Of a DNA stretch of 64,000 nucleotides, positions 1-9,160 are shown one piece after another; the first letter of the stretch is position 1; the number at the start of each line of letters is the position of its first letter. The translations under genes and the position numbers were made by a program. Source of the stretch: Chthonomonadales bacterium (GTDB lineage Bacteria > Armatimonadota > Chthonomonadetes > Chthonomonadales > CAJBBX01). Under the pieces are notes generated by a model. The model saw nothing but the letters and a program-made list of their open reading frames with translations. It had not been told where the DNA came from and did no database searches. The stretch covers positions 54 to 64,053 of the forward strand of contig JAAYVH010000138.1 in assembly GCA_012517255.1 (NCBI GenBank), given 5' to 3'.

Positions 1-2420
1 GTGGCATCGCCCGCGAATCTGGCTCGTATCTGGCGGGCTCCGGCTCCTGCGCCCTCATCAATTATCCACACGAAGGTCGCCCATCCGAAGCTGTCGGTTG
101 GCGCGCTGCCCATGTAGGTGCCGTCAATGTCGAAGTCCATCTGTTTGCCGATCACCGGGCTGTTGTTGTAGCAGTAGGTGAGCTGCGCCTGCAAGGTAAC
201 CGGCTCGGCGATGCGCCCCGTGGCTGGAAGGACCGTCGTGTCGGTGGCTCTGCCGATGCCCAGCTTGGCCACCCATCCGTCGGCCCAGCCGTTGTAGGTT
301 GGGTCGAAGCACGGGATGGGGGCGCTTGTCGGGTATGCCTGCGACCACGTGGTGCCGCATGCATAGGCGTTAGCATCGGTGTCGAGCCGAATGCCCCAGC
401 CATCTTCATCCGACTCTCCGCCCCAGTAGGTGCTGTAGACAGGGAAGTTGAGCAATGGCACCATGCGGACAATGAACGCATCACTCGGCCCGTTGAGCAG
501 GGGCTGGATGCATCCTGCCGTGACCGGAAAGTCCGGCGACCGTGTCGTTCCCACGATCCACGGTTCCATGTTGTCCACGTCGATGTCGTTGCCGAAATCG
601 TCGGCCGTGCCGCCGATGTAGGTTGAGACGAACAGGTCCAGCGGGCCTGCGTTCAGCGGCCTTATGGTCGAGACGAACGCGTCGGATCCGCCCGCATTGG
701 CGAGCTGCATGGCCCCCATGATGACTGGAAAGTCCGGCGACTTCGTCATGCCAGTCACCGAACACATCGCCATGAATGGGTCAAAGACGATGCCCCGCAC
801 CTCGTCAACGTCCTTGCCGCCTATGAAGCTGGAATAGAGCATGCCGGCAGGTCCGGGGACAGTCGGATCGAGCACGAAGACGAACCCGTCCGTGTTGCCT
901 GCATACCACGGCTGGAACGGGTTCAACGAGATCGGGAACTGGGGCGACGAGACAACGCCGCCGATGTAGGCCACCCCCTTGGGGTCCACATCCATGCACA
1001 GGGCCTGCTCGGCGTCCATGGCGCCAATGTAGGTGCTGTACCACAGGTCGGCTGCTCCCTGCCCCAGCGGCAGTATCTCCGTGTAGGTCACGTCTATGGA
1101 CCCGTTGTAGGTCGGGTCGAATGCCGTTGGCGTGACCGGGTAGTTCTGCGAGTCGGTTCCGCCGGCCACGGCGAAGCTGGGCCCGCGTCCGGTCAGGCGG
1201 ATCTCACGGGCCTCGTCGTTGCCGCCGCCACCGATGTATGTGCTGTACACCAGCGTTGCGCCGATGGGGTCGAGAATGGCGGCAAAGGCGTCCCTCTGCC
1301 CGCTGAAGATCGGAAACGCGCAGCCGGGAGTCACAGGAAACGCCGGACTGTCGGTGAAGCCGCACACGTGTGCCTGACCGTTCCGGTCCACACGGATCGA
1401 GAACGCGATGTCGTCCATCTGAGTGCCCAGATAGGTGGAGTACATCGTCCAACCGCCCACGACATCGAACTTCGTGACGAACGCATCCATGTTGCCGCCG
1501 GCAAAGACCGGCTGGAACACGTGGGGGAGCGTCCAGAAGTCGACCGAAGAGGTGCCGCCGGTGACGAACGCTTCACCGATCTGGCTCAGATCAATGTCGA
1601 GGCAGTCGTCGTTCAGGCTGCCGCCGAGGTAGGTCGAGTACCACAGCAGCGGGTCAATGATGAGCGGCTTCGTGCGGTCGAAGTCGCCGATCGAGAAGGC
1701 CGCTTGAGGCGTGCCCTCTTTCGTCGCCAACACGTTCCATTCGGCTGCAACGGGCGTGCGCTGACCGCCGGTCTCCTGGTAGGCCACGGGCTTCGAGAAC
1801 CGCACGGCTGCGTCGCCGGCAGCAACCTCGAGCTCGCCGCTCTCGATGCGCTTGATGGCGGCTCCCTCGAAGGCAAGTCGGATGGTCTCCGGCGAGCTGC
1901 CCGGACGGACGATGAAGTCGTACTGCAGATTGCGATTGGTGCCGTAGTAGACCACATCTACGCCGGCATAGACCTGAGAGAAGCGCGCCGACCGGAACGT
2001 CTCGATGCCGGTGATCCACTTTCCGGGATCGTTGCCGATGAGGTGGTTCACCGTTCCGGGCAGTCGCTCGACCCCTGTTCCGGCGACCTCGGATGCGCCG
2101 ACAAGGGTCATGCGAAATGCGCTTGTTGAGACCTTTGCAGAGCTCCACAGGCCGCTCTTGCTGCCCGTTTCGCGACTGCGAGCTCGCGTCAGGACGATAG
2201 TGGCGTCTGTGGGACGCAACAGCACGGCATAGCCGCTGCCACGCGCCAGAAAAGCCACCGACGGGTCTGCCTGCCCCTTGTTTGGTTCGAACGCCATGGG
2301 CAGAGAGCCGTACGAAGCGACACCACTCGACTTGGACTTCGCAGGCTCGGGAGAGGAGGAGGCCGTGGCGCAGAGCAGCACGACGGCTGCGGTCGCGGCC
2401 GAAACGGAGCGGATACCCAT
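1..2420 (-). CDS. Secreted SBBP (beta-propeller) repeat protein; 3' end runs off the left window edge
   Basis: Minus-strand frame is open from ATG at 2420..2418 to position 1 and is missing from the ORF track because it has no stop in the window. GAGGGG lies 5 nt upstream of the ATG. My translation begins MGIRSVSAATAAVVLLCATASS (signal peptide), then LPMAFEPNKGQADPSVAFLARGSGYAVLL (DUF7948-like). It then has repeated YSTYLGG...DAFVTKF and LVYSTYIGGGGNDEA motifs typical of PF06739 SBBP repeats. All listed ORFs in 124-2563 are in other frames. Confidence 0.75.
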   Translation of the reverse strand, partial: MGIRSVSAATAAVVLLCATASSSPEPAKSKSSGVASYGSLPMAFEPNKGQADPSVAFLARGSGYAVLLRPTDATIVLTRARSRETGSKSGLWSSAKVSTSAFRMTLVGASEVAGTGVERLPGTVNHLIGNDPGKWITGIETFRSARFSQVYAGVDVVYYGTNRNLQYDFIVRPGSSPETIRLAFEGAAIKRIESGELEVAAGDAAVRFSKPVAYQETGGQRTPVAAEWNVLATKEGTPQAAFSIGDFDRTKPLIIDPLLWYSTYLGGSLNDDCLDIDLSQIGEAFVTGGTSSVDFWTLPHVFQPVFAGGNMDAFVTKFDVVGGWTMYSTYLGTQMDDIAFSIRVDRNGQAHVCGFTDSPAFPVTPGCAFPIFSGQRDAFAAILDPIGATLVYSTYIGGGGNDEAREIRLTGRGPSFAVAGGTDSQNYPVTPTAFDPTYNGSIDVTYTEILPLGQGAADLWYSTYIGAMDAEQALCMDVDPKGVAYIGGVVSSPQFPISLNPFQPWYAGNTDGFVFVLDPTVPGPAGMLYSSFIGGKDVDEVRGIVFDPFMAMCSVTGMTKSPDFPVIMGAMQLANAGGSDAFVSTIRPLNAGPLDLFVSTYIGGTADDFGNDIDVDNMEPWIVGTTRSPDFPVTAGCIQPLLNGPSDAFIVRMVPLLNFPVYSTYWGGESDEDGWGIRLDTDANAYACGTTWSQAYPTSAPIPCFDPTYNGWADGWVAKLGIGRATDTTVLPATGRIAEPVTLQAQLTYCYNNSPVIGKQMDFDIDGTYMGSAPTDSFGWATFVWIIDEGAGAGARQIRARFAGDA

Positions 2421-2735
2421 GTTCCCCTCGCTTTCGGCGGCTGGCTGTCCTCCGGCGGGCGCCGCCAGAGTGGAAACGCCGGAGGCCAAACGAATGGCGA
2501 TCGCAATAGCGCGGCGTGTCGCCGATCCGTCTGTATTTTACGCTCGGTTCGACGAAAGCGCAAGCTAGATGTTCCCGCCCGGGTCCGTGTCCGAACAGGC
2601 GAGTCTCGTCGCTGCGGCGGCGCCCGGCTTCAACAGGATTGAGGGCTTTCTCGGGTCCGCCAGCCTACTGCAGGGAATCGCGAAGCCCACGGTGAATCAT
2701 GGAAAGCAGCGAAACTTGTCTGCGCGGGAGAAGGC

Positions 2736-5051
2736 ATGATGCACCGATTGGCGGTCCTCATCACGGCGATTGCGCTCATGGCGCTCGAAGGGTGCGCCCT
2801 TGCTCAGCCCCAAGGCATTGAGGGCTCGGCCTGGAGCGCGGCCGGTCCATCTGGTCAGGGAGTTCGTCTCCTGGAAGGGGCGGACGGCTTCCACATGGAG
2901 GTCGCCAAAGGCGGAAGCCGCAGCGTCGCCAACAAGCCTGGCACCCAGCCGCCCTCGACATTCCTCTACTTCGCCATTGACCGAGCGCGCAAGCAGAGCC
3001 TGGGCGCCGCCGTCTATGCGCTGGTGGAGTACTACGACGATGTGGTCGGCGGCCTGCTCACGCTCGAGTACGACTCGAAGCTGGGGGACGCCCTGAGCGA
3101 CCGCTATTGCCATGCCGAGAGCCGGGCGGGGGGATGGACCCTCGGCACGAAGCGCTGGCGCATGGCCTACTTCGAGATGCGCTCGCCGCGGTTCGCGAAC
3201 CGCCAGAACTGCGGAGCGGACTTCCGACTCGGCGGCACGCGCCTCTATGTGCGCCGCATCCGTCTGACCACACGACGCCCATCAGACTGGGAGAAAGTGA
3301 GCGTGGTGCCGCACGTGGAGATCAAACCGAAGGTGAAAATCGGCGCTGGGGGTCAACTGATCATCGGCGGGTTCGACCCCGCAACGGCCCGCGATGTGCC
3401 GCATCAGACGGCTGCGCTGGAGGCTGCAGTGCCGGGCATGAAAGCGCTGGGTGTCACGAGCCATGAGGGCTACGTACGCTGGAATCTGTGCGAGCCCGAG
3501 GAGGGCAAGTACGACTGGAGCGTCTACGACGCTTACGTACAAATCTACAAGAAACACGGCCTGAAGTGGGTGCCGTTCCTCATTGTCGGCTCGCCCTACA
3601 GCCTGCCCGACTGGTACTACAAGAAGCCCGGCTCTCAGGGCTACGTCTGCCTCGAGCACGGCCAGGAGTCCGATGTGCAGTCGCTGTGGAACCCGACGCT
3701 GAAGCGGCATGTCGCGCGGTTCATCAAGGCCTTCTGCGAGCACTACCGCGATCAGAATGTGATAGAGACGATCCTGCTCGGCGTCACGGGCAACTACGGC
3801 GAGGCGATCTACGTGGCGACGGGCAACGACTGGACTGCCGACATTCATGGCCCCTACCACACCCACTCGGGCTTCTGGGCGGGAGATCCCTACGCCGTGG
3901 AGAGTTTTCGGCTGTGGCTGATTCGAAAGTACGGCGGCTTCGATCGGCTGCGCGACGCCTGGAAGACAGGCGCTTCGAGCATTGCGGAGATCAAACCGTT
4001 CCTGAAGCGCGACGCGCCCAACGAGCGCGCGTGGCTCGACTTCTGCGACTGGTACATCGGCTCCATGACCGAGTGGTCACGCTGGTGGCTTCAGGAGACC
4101 CGTAAGCACTTCCCCAAAGGCGACATCCAGCTATGCACAGGAGGGCATGCGCCTCCGGAGCATGGGGCCGACTTCGGCGAGCAGTGCAAGATCGCCGCTG
4201 AGATCGGCGGAGGCGTGCGGATCACGAATGAGGGCAGCGACTTGAGGGGCAACTTCTCCGTGACGCGCTGGGTCGCCTCGGCCAGCCTGCAGTACGGCGC
4301 GAGGTTCAGCTTCGAGCCGGCCGGCGAAGTGAATCAGTGGGGCGTCATCGGCCGCGTCTACAACGCCACTGCGTCGGGCGCCAACGGCCTGCACTACTAC
4401 TTTCCCAACATCTTCGGGTCCGACGAGGCCCGGGCCAACTTTGAGCGCTGGGGCAACGAGTTCAAACAGCGCAAGCCCGTTGTCGAGATCGCCGTCTACT
4501 ACCCGCAGACCCACGTCAAGCTGAACGGCAACGACTTTCTGCAGTACGTGCAGCCTCTGCGCGACCGGTTTGACTTCGGCTACATGAGCGACGGCATGAT
4601 CGCAGATGGCGGTTTGAAGAGAGTCAAGGCGCTCATCCTCATGCATGGCAGCGTCTCGGAGGCGGCGACCTGGTCACGGATCGCCGATTGGGTTGCGGCG
4701 GGCGGCCTCATCATCTACGCGGACGGCATGGGACGTCTGCGCAGCGTCGAAGGCGACGATAGCTGGCACGATCGCATTCTGAAGCCGTCGGGCAAGGGAC
4801 GCGCGGTGACCTACGCGGGCCACGGCCTGAGCGCCGAGTTCAGAGAGTTCGCTGCGAAGACGCTCGCAGCCGCGCCGGAGTTGTCGGCTGCAACCCGCGC
4901 CATGGTTGCCGCCGACGGCGTTGAGGACACCGTGTTCGTGACGCTATGCGAACCCGGCGAGCTTCTCTGGCTGAACCATACGATGCAGAGCGTGACGAAG
5001 CTCGGCAAGCCCATACCTTCGTGGAGCATCGCCACGACCGGACTCCAATAA
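2736..5051 (+). CDS. Lipoprotein glycoside hydrolase, GH14/GH42-like (beta/alpha)8 fold
   Basis: 771-aa ORF with GGGAGAAGG upstream. N-terminus MMHRLAVLITAIALMALEGC has a lipobox-like LEGC. Core motif VRWNLCEPEEGKYDWSVYDAYVQIYKKHGLKWVPFL...LPDWY resembles the W-x-x-EP-x-x-G-x-YDW segment of GH14/GH42 TIM barrels. Confidence 0.6.
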   Translation: MMHRLAVLITAIALMALEGCALAQPQGIEGSAWSAAGPSGQGVRLLEGADGFHMEVAKGGSRSVANKPGTQPPSTFLYFAIDRARKQSLGAAVYALVEYYDDVVGGLLTLEYDSKLGDALSDRYCHAESRAGGWTLGTKRWRMAYFEMRSPRFANRQNCGADFRLGGTRLYVRRIRLTTRRPSDWEKVSVVPHVEIKPKVKIGAGGQLIIGGFDPATARDVPHQTAALEAAVPGMKALGVTSHEGYVRWNLCEPEEGKYDWSVYDAYVQIYKKHGLKWVPFLIVGSPYSLPDWYYKKPGSQGYVCLEHGQESDVQSLWNPTLKRHVARFIKAFCEHYRDQNVIETILLGVTGNYGEAIYVATGNDWTADIHGPYHTHSGFWAGDPYAVESFRLWLIRKYGGFDRLRDAWKTGASSIAEIKPFLKRDAPNERAWLDFCDWYIGSMTEWSRWWLQETRKHFPKGDIQLCTGGHAPPEHGADFGEQCKIAAEIGGGVRITNEGSDLRGNFSVTRWVASASLQYGARFSFEPAGEVNQWGVIGRVYNATASGANGLHYYFPNIFGSDEARANFERWGNEFKQRKPVVEIAVYYPQTHVKLNGNDFLQYVQPLRDRFDFGYMSDGMIADGGLKRVKALILMHGSVSEAATWSRIADWVAAGGLIIYADGMGRLRSVEGDDSWHDRILKPSGKGRAVTYAGHGLSAEFREFAAKTLAAAPELSAATRAMVAADGVEDTVFVTLCEPGELLWLNHTMQSVTKLGKPIPSWSIATTGLQ

Positions 5052-5082
5052 CAGATCTGGGAGGTCAGTATTCCGAGAAGGT

Positions 5083-5121
5083 GTAGGACTGCCTGTACCT
5101 ATTCGAAGCGCGAAGTCCTAC
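5083..5121 (+). terminator. Hairpin downstream of the hydrolase gene (GTAGGACT / AGTCCTAC, 23-nt loop); possible terminator or regulatory site
   Basis: Perfect 8-bp inverted repeat at 5083-5090 and 5114-5121, 32 nt after the stop at 5051. No U-tract follows. Confidence 0.25.
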
Positions 5122-5210
5122 GCGCTGGGAAGGCATCGTCCGGTTGGGTCTCTGCGGGGTGACAGGCTATGCTGTTCTCACTGAGGTCTATAAGACCGGA
5201 GGCCTGTGCA

Positions 5211-5651
5211 ATGTACCGAGTTCTCATCGTTGACGATCACGCTGCCGTTCGGCAGGGCGTCCGGCAGGTACTGAGCGAGAAGCTGCATCCCGATGTGCAG
5301 GGCGAGGCATCGAACGCCGACGAGGCGATCGAGATGACCGCCCATGAGGACTGGGATGTGGTGATCCTCGATGTCAACATGCCCGGCAAGAGCGGTCTGG
5401 AGGCGTTGCGCGCGATGAAGCGCCAGAATCCCCGCTTGCCGGTGATCATGTTCAGCGTGTATCCCCCCGAGCAGGTGGCTCAGCGCTTTCTGGCTGCCGG
5501 CGCTTGCGGATACGTCAGCAAGGGCGGTCCCGCGGAAGAGCTGGTGCAAGCCATCCGCAAGGCCGTCTCAGGCCAGGCAGCCGAGAGAAGCGACGAATCG
5601 TCGGGGGTCTCCGGTCCGCCCGAAGACTCTCTGACCGCCTGGCGACTGTAG
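5211..5651 (+). CDS. Single-domain response regulator (receiver only)
   Basis: MYRVLIVDDHAAVRQGV...WDVVILDVNMPGKSG...YVSKG carries the DD, phospho-acceptor D and K of CheY-like receivers. GGAGG lies 9 nt upstream of the ATG at 5211. There is no output domain, and no histidine kinase gene in the window. Confidence 0.85.
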   Translation: MYRVLIVDDHAAVRQGVRQVLSEKLHPDVQGEASNADEAIEMTAHEDWDVVILDVNMPGKSGLEALRAMKRQNPRLPVIMFSVYPPEQVAQRFLAAGACGYVSKGGPAEELVQAIRKAVSGQAAERSDESSGVSGPPEDSLTAWRL

Positions 5652-5655
5652 TCCG

Positions 5656-5677
5656 GGGCCGCGGGCAGCCGCGGCCC
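5656..5677. terminator. Bidirectional GC-rich stem-loop between convergent genes
   Basis: GGGCCGCGG-GCAG-CCGCGGCCC, a perfect 9-bp stem with a 4-nt loop. It sits between the stop at 5651 (+) and the stop at 5689 (-) and is followed by TT. Confidence 0.55.
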
Positions 5678-5688
5678 TTGTCATCCCG

Positions 5689-6363
5689 TCACCGCAAGAT
5701 CGGCGTCAAGCGGATATTGCGGAAATGGATTTCCGCGCCTTCCGACTGCAAGCCGATCTTGCCCGACCGCAGATCGGCATCGGTCCCCTCGTTGAGGGTC
5801 TCGCCGTTCACCTTCAGCGCCACGCGCCCGCCATGGCACAGGATCTCATAGGTGTTCCATTCGCCGATGGGTTTCTCGTTGGTCCGGCTCCGCAATCGGT
5901 GGCGAGGAGTGGTTCGATCCACACGCTCTTCGGGCGTGGTAAGCTGCGCTTCATCTATGAGCCAGAAGTCGCCGGCCGCACCGCTCTGGAGCTGCGCCTC
6001 GATGGACTTCGGCCATATCTTGTCGGGGCCGACGATCCGCAGAAGCACGCCGCTGTTGCCCGCCTGCTTCGTGACCGGACTGAAGCGCCAGTCGAGCTTG
6101 AGGATGAAGTCGGAGTAGTCCCTCGTGGTGCGCAGGTAGCCCAGGGGACGCCCCCGACAGACGATGGCCCTCTCGGCTGCGTCCACGCTCCAAACGTCGG
6201 TCATGGCCGCCGCCGGATTCTGCAGATAATGGGTCCAGCCCGAGAAGTCCTTGCCGTTGAACAGACGCACCTCCTTGCCGAGCTTGAGTTTCGGCGGATT
6301 CTGAGCGAGCGATGCCGCGCCCGCCACGCCGATCACGGCGCACACCGCGATCCATCTTCTCAT
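5689..6363 (-). CDS. DUF1080 (3-keto-disaccharide hydrolase-like) secreted protein
   Basis: The track ORF 5689-6444 starts at a TTG. The internal ATG at 6363 is preceded by GAGGAGGA and gives the signal peptide MRRWIAVCAVIGVAGAASLAQ. LFNGKDFSGW...GNSGVLLR...IEAQL...GKIGLQSEGAEIHFRNIRL is typical of DUF1080. Confidence 0.85.
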   Translation of the reverse strand: MRRWIAVCAVIGVAGAASLAQNPPKLKLGKEVRLFNGKDFSGWTHYLQNPAAAMTDVWSVDAAERAIVCRGRPLGYLRTTRDYSDFILKLDWRFSPVTKQAGNSGVLLRIVGPDKIWPKSIEAQLQSGAAGDFWLIDEAQLTTPEERVDRTTPRHRLRSRTNEKPIGEWNTYEILCHGGRVALKVNGETLNEGTDADLRSGKIGLQSEGAEIHFRNIRLTPILR

Positions 6364-6406
6364 GAGGTCCTCCTCAGGACGTCGCGCTCGTCGCTCGCGG
6401 CCTGGT

Positions 6407-8581
6407 CTACGGCGCGAGGCCGACCTGGTGATACATGAACGCAAGGACCATGCTCCGGCGTTCCACGATCTTGGCGATGGGCTCGCCCCCCGAATGGCCT
6501 GCCGTCGTGTCGTAGAGCAGCAGGATGGGCTTTCTCTGGTCGGGCAATGCCTGAAGCAAAGCCGTCATCTTGCGGGCATGCAGCGGCGCCACGCGCGTAT
6601 CGGCGTCGCCGGTCGCGAACAGAACGGCGGGATACTGGACGCCTGGCCTGACGCGATGGTACGGCGAATAGGCATAGAGAACCTTGAACTGCTCAGGATC
6701 CTCTGCAGAGCCGTACTCGGGCACCCATTGCGGGCCCTGCAGGAACAGGTGATAGCGCACCATGTCGAGCAGCGGCACCTCGCACACCACAGCGCCGTAC
6801 AACTCCGGTCGCTGGGTCAGAGCGGCGCCGACGAGGAGCCCGCCGTTGCTGCCTCCCGAGATCACCAGCCGCTCGGGTGTCGTGTACTTGTTTGCCATGA
6901 GCCATTCCGCAGCGGCATGGAAGTCGTCGAATACATTCTGCTTCTTGTCAAGCATGCCCGCGCGATGCCAGTCTTCTCCGAACTCGCCGCCTCCTCTCAG
7001 CGCCGGTATGGCTACCACTCCGCCGCTCTCTGCCCAGATCACCGCCTCCGGGTCAAAGTAGGGAGTCATGCTGACCGAGAAACCGCCATAGGCCGTGAGG
7101 TGCACGGCACGGGCTCCGTCGGGCTTGAGCCCTTTGCGATGGACCAGGAACATCGGCACACGCGTGCCGTCCTTCGACGGATACCATACCTGCCGCGTGA
7201 CGAAGTCCGCCGATCGCAGCGGCAAGCGAACTTTGCTCCATGCAGTCCTCTTGCCGGTCGCCACATCCAGACGGTAGACGGTCGCCGGAGCGGTGTGACT
7301 GACGAAGCTGAAGAACGCCTCAGTACCTTCCCACAGGCCGCCAGGTGTCGAGGCGGAACCGATGCCCGGCAACTTCACCGGTCCGAGATGCTTGCCGCCA
7401 AGGTCGTAGGCGTCGAGCCGTGTGGCCACGTTTCCCAGACGGTTCACGAACAGACGCCCGGCCGTCAGGGAGAAGCCCTCGATCACGCTGTCGCTCTCGG
7501 GCACGACCTCGCGCCATCGGTCCGGGTCCTGGCCAAGGGGCGCTGATGGATCCGCCTCCAGGATACGGCGCTTCGGCGCCCGATAGTCCGTGAGCAGGAG
7601 GAGACGATCCCCGGCGAAGTCGGGGCTGAAGGTCGCATCCACGCCGACAACTAGCGGCCGTATGGGTCCGTTCGTGGTGAGGTCCTGAATGTACACATCG
7701 TTCTGGGACCAGCCGCGGTAGACGAGCAAGACGAGCCAGCGACCGTTCTCCGAAACGAACTGGCCAACCATGATCTCCGGGCCGTATCCCTCACCAAACA
7801 CCTCCCGGTCTGTCGAGATCGGAGCGCCCATGCGATGGTAGCGGACCCTGCGGCCCTTCAACGGTTCGAGTACGGAGTAGTAGAAGCCTGTGACGCCTTC
7901 TCCCTCCTTGCGGGCAGCTTCGAGAGAAGCAGAGCCGACGAGCGACAGGCTCTCGATATGCCCTTTGGGCAGCCGATCCTCGAGCTCGCGACCCGTGTCC
8001 ACCTCGATGAAGCGGACTTCCACCTCATCCTCGCCGCCTCGTCGGATTCCGTAGGCAACGAGTTTCCCGTCTTTGCTGACATCCATGAACGATACCGACG
8101 TCGTCCGATCAGTGCTCATCGGATGCGGGTCCACCAGGACACGGTCCTTTCCGCTTCGACCGGTGCGCCAGTAGAGGATGGCCTGCTCGTCGTCCGGTTT
8201 CTGCCGCGAGAAGAAGTAGCGACCAGAGCGCACGATGGGCATGCCGATGCGGTCTGTTCTCAATAGCTGCTCGAGCCGCCGGGCCAGTTTCTGGCGGATC
8301 GGCAAGTTCGCGAGTTGTGAACGCGTGTAGGCGTTCTGTGCATCAATCCATGCGCGGGTCTCCGGCGCATTCTGGTCTTCCAGCCATCGGTAGGGATCGA
8401 CGATCTCCACGCCGTGGATGGTCTCGCGGACATCGCTTCGCCGGGTGACGGGTTTCGTGTCAGCCGCAAGGGCAGCACAGACGCAGAGACAGAGAAAGGT
8501 GAAGGACAGCAGATGCTCGGTCAACGGAACACTCCCATTCAATATGATGTGGCCATGGACAGAGGGCTGCCGACAGCCCAT
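6407..8581 (-). CDS. Prolyl oligopeptidase (peptidase S9A)
   Basis: DPYRWLEDQNAPETRAWIDAQNAYT, catalytic GGSNGGLLVGAA, TGDADTRV and AGHSGG motifs. The start is uncertain. The ATG at 8581 is preceded by GAGG. A TTG at 8524 is preceded by GGGAG and would give the cleaner signal peptide TEHLLSFTFLCLCVCAALAA. The track start at 8650 is probably too far upstream. Confidence 0.9.
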   Translation of the reverse strand: MGCRQPSVHGHIILNGSVPLTEHLLSFTFLCLCVCAALAADTKPVTRRSDVRETIHGVEIVDPYRWLEDQNAPETRAWIDAQNAYTRSQLANLPIRQKLARRLEQLLRTDRIGMPIVRSGRYFFSRQKPDDEQAILYWRTGRSGKDRVLVDPHPMSTDRTTSVSFMDVSKDGKLVAYGIRRGGEDEVEVRFIEVDTGRELEDRLPKGHIESLSLVGSASLEAARKEGEGVTGFYYSVLEPLKGRRVRYHRMGAPISTDREVFGEGYGPEIMVGQFVSENGRWLVLLVYRGWSQNDVYIQDLTTNGPIRPLVVGVDATFSPDFAGDRLLLLTDYRAPKRRILEADPSAPLGQDPDRWREVVPESDSVIEGFSLTAGRLFVNRLGNVATRLDAYDLGGKHLGPVKLPGIGSASTPGGLWEGTEAFFSFVSHTAPATVYRLDVATGKRTAWSKVRLPLRSADFVTRQVWYPSKDGTRVPMFLVHRKGLKPDGARAVHLTAYGGFSVSMTPYFDPEAVIWAESGGVVAIPALRGGGEFGEDWHRAGMLDKKQNVFDDFHAAAEWLMANKYTTPERLVISGGSNGGLLVGAALTQRPELYGAVVCEVPLLDMVRYHLFLQGPQWVPEYGSAEDPEQFKVLYAYSPYHRVRPGVQYPAVLFATGDADTRVAPLHARKMTALLQALPDQRKPILLLYDTTAGHSGGEPIAKIVERRSMVLAFMYHQVGLAP

Positions 8582-8748
8582 GTACGCCTCAACCTTACCT
8601 GACGCCCCGATAGCCGGAAGGCAACACCGGCTCGCGCAGGCTTCGAGCATTCGGCGCGAGAGCGAGGCTGTCCTGCACGCGTCGCAAGATGCGACGGCTA
8701 CACACTTCGCGTACCATGTGCGTCATCGCGGCGAACGCCTCTCTGTCT

Positions 8749-9062
8749 GTCATCCCCGCATGCCGTTGGCCGGGACCCATGGGTCGTTGGTGGATGCCCG
8801 CCGTCGCGGGAATGACGGTCGGGTCTGACGGCAATGGCGAGAGCACGTTGAAACGTGCCCAGACAGAGCGCCGTGGGCGGATGTCGTAGGGGCGTATCAG
8901 CCGGAAGACCAGTGCCGCGCCCACATGGGCCGAGGTAGCAACCGGCTGGTGCGCCCTTGTTCGACGTATGACGGCGTTACGGGTCGAGCTGGGCGAACCA
9001 ACCGCGCGCTGCCTAGCTCTTCTTCACGGTGGTTCCGTCCGGCGGTTGATCCGCCCCTACGG
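8749..9062 (+). repeat. Composite structured intergenic repeat, copy 1 (alpha module 8749-8816, beta module 8887-9062)
   Basis: Homologous along its length to 37380-37664. The alpha module is bounded by the inverted repeat GTCATCCCCGC / GCGGGAATGAC and contains the hairpin CCCGC-CGTC-GCGGG. The beta module has a 15-bp stem (8890-8904 with 8942-8956) and a 22-nt box GGGCGAACCAACCGCGCGCTGC (8991-9012) identical to 37593-37614. Confidence 0.8.
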
Positions 9063-9160
9063 ACCATCGCGCGCACCATTGTGAACGACGAGCCGCCACG
9101 TCATCGCAAGCGCAGCGACCCGATCTCGAGCGATCCACGCCGATCGACATGTCGCCGGCG

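Noticed and set aside
124-2563. About twenty listed ORFs of 60-250 aa on both strands in the first 2.5 kb.
   Set aside because: They are all out of frame with the SBBP repeat gene, which occupies the one minus-strand frame that carries no stop.
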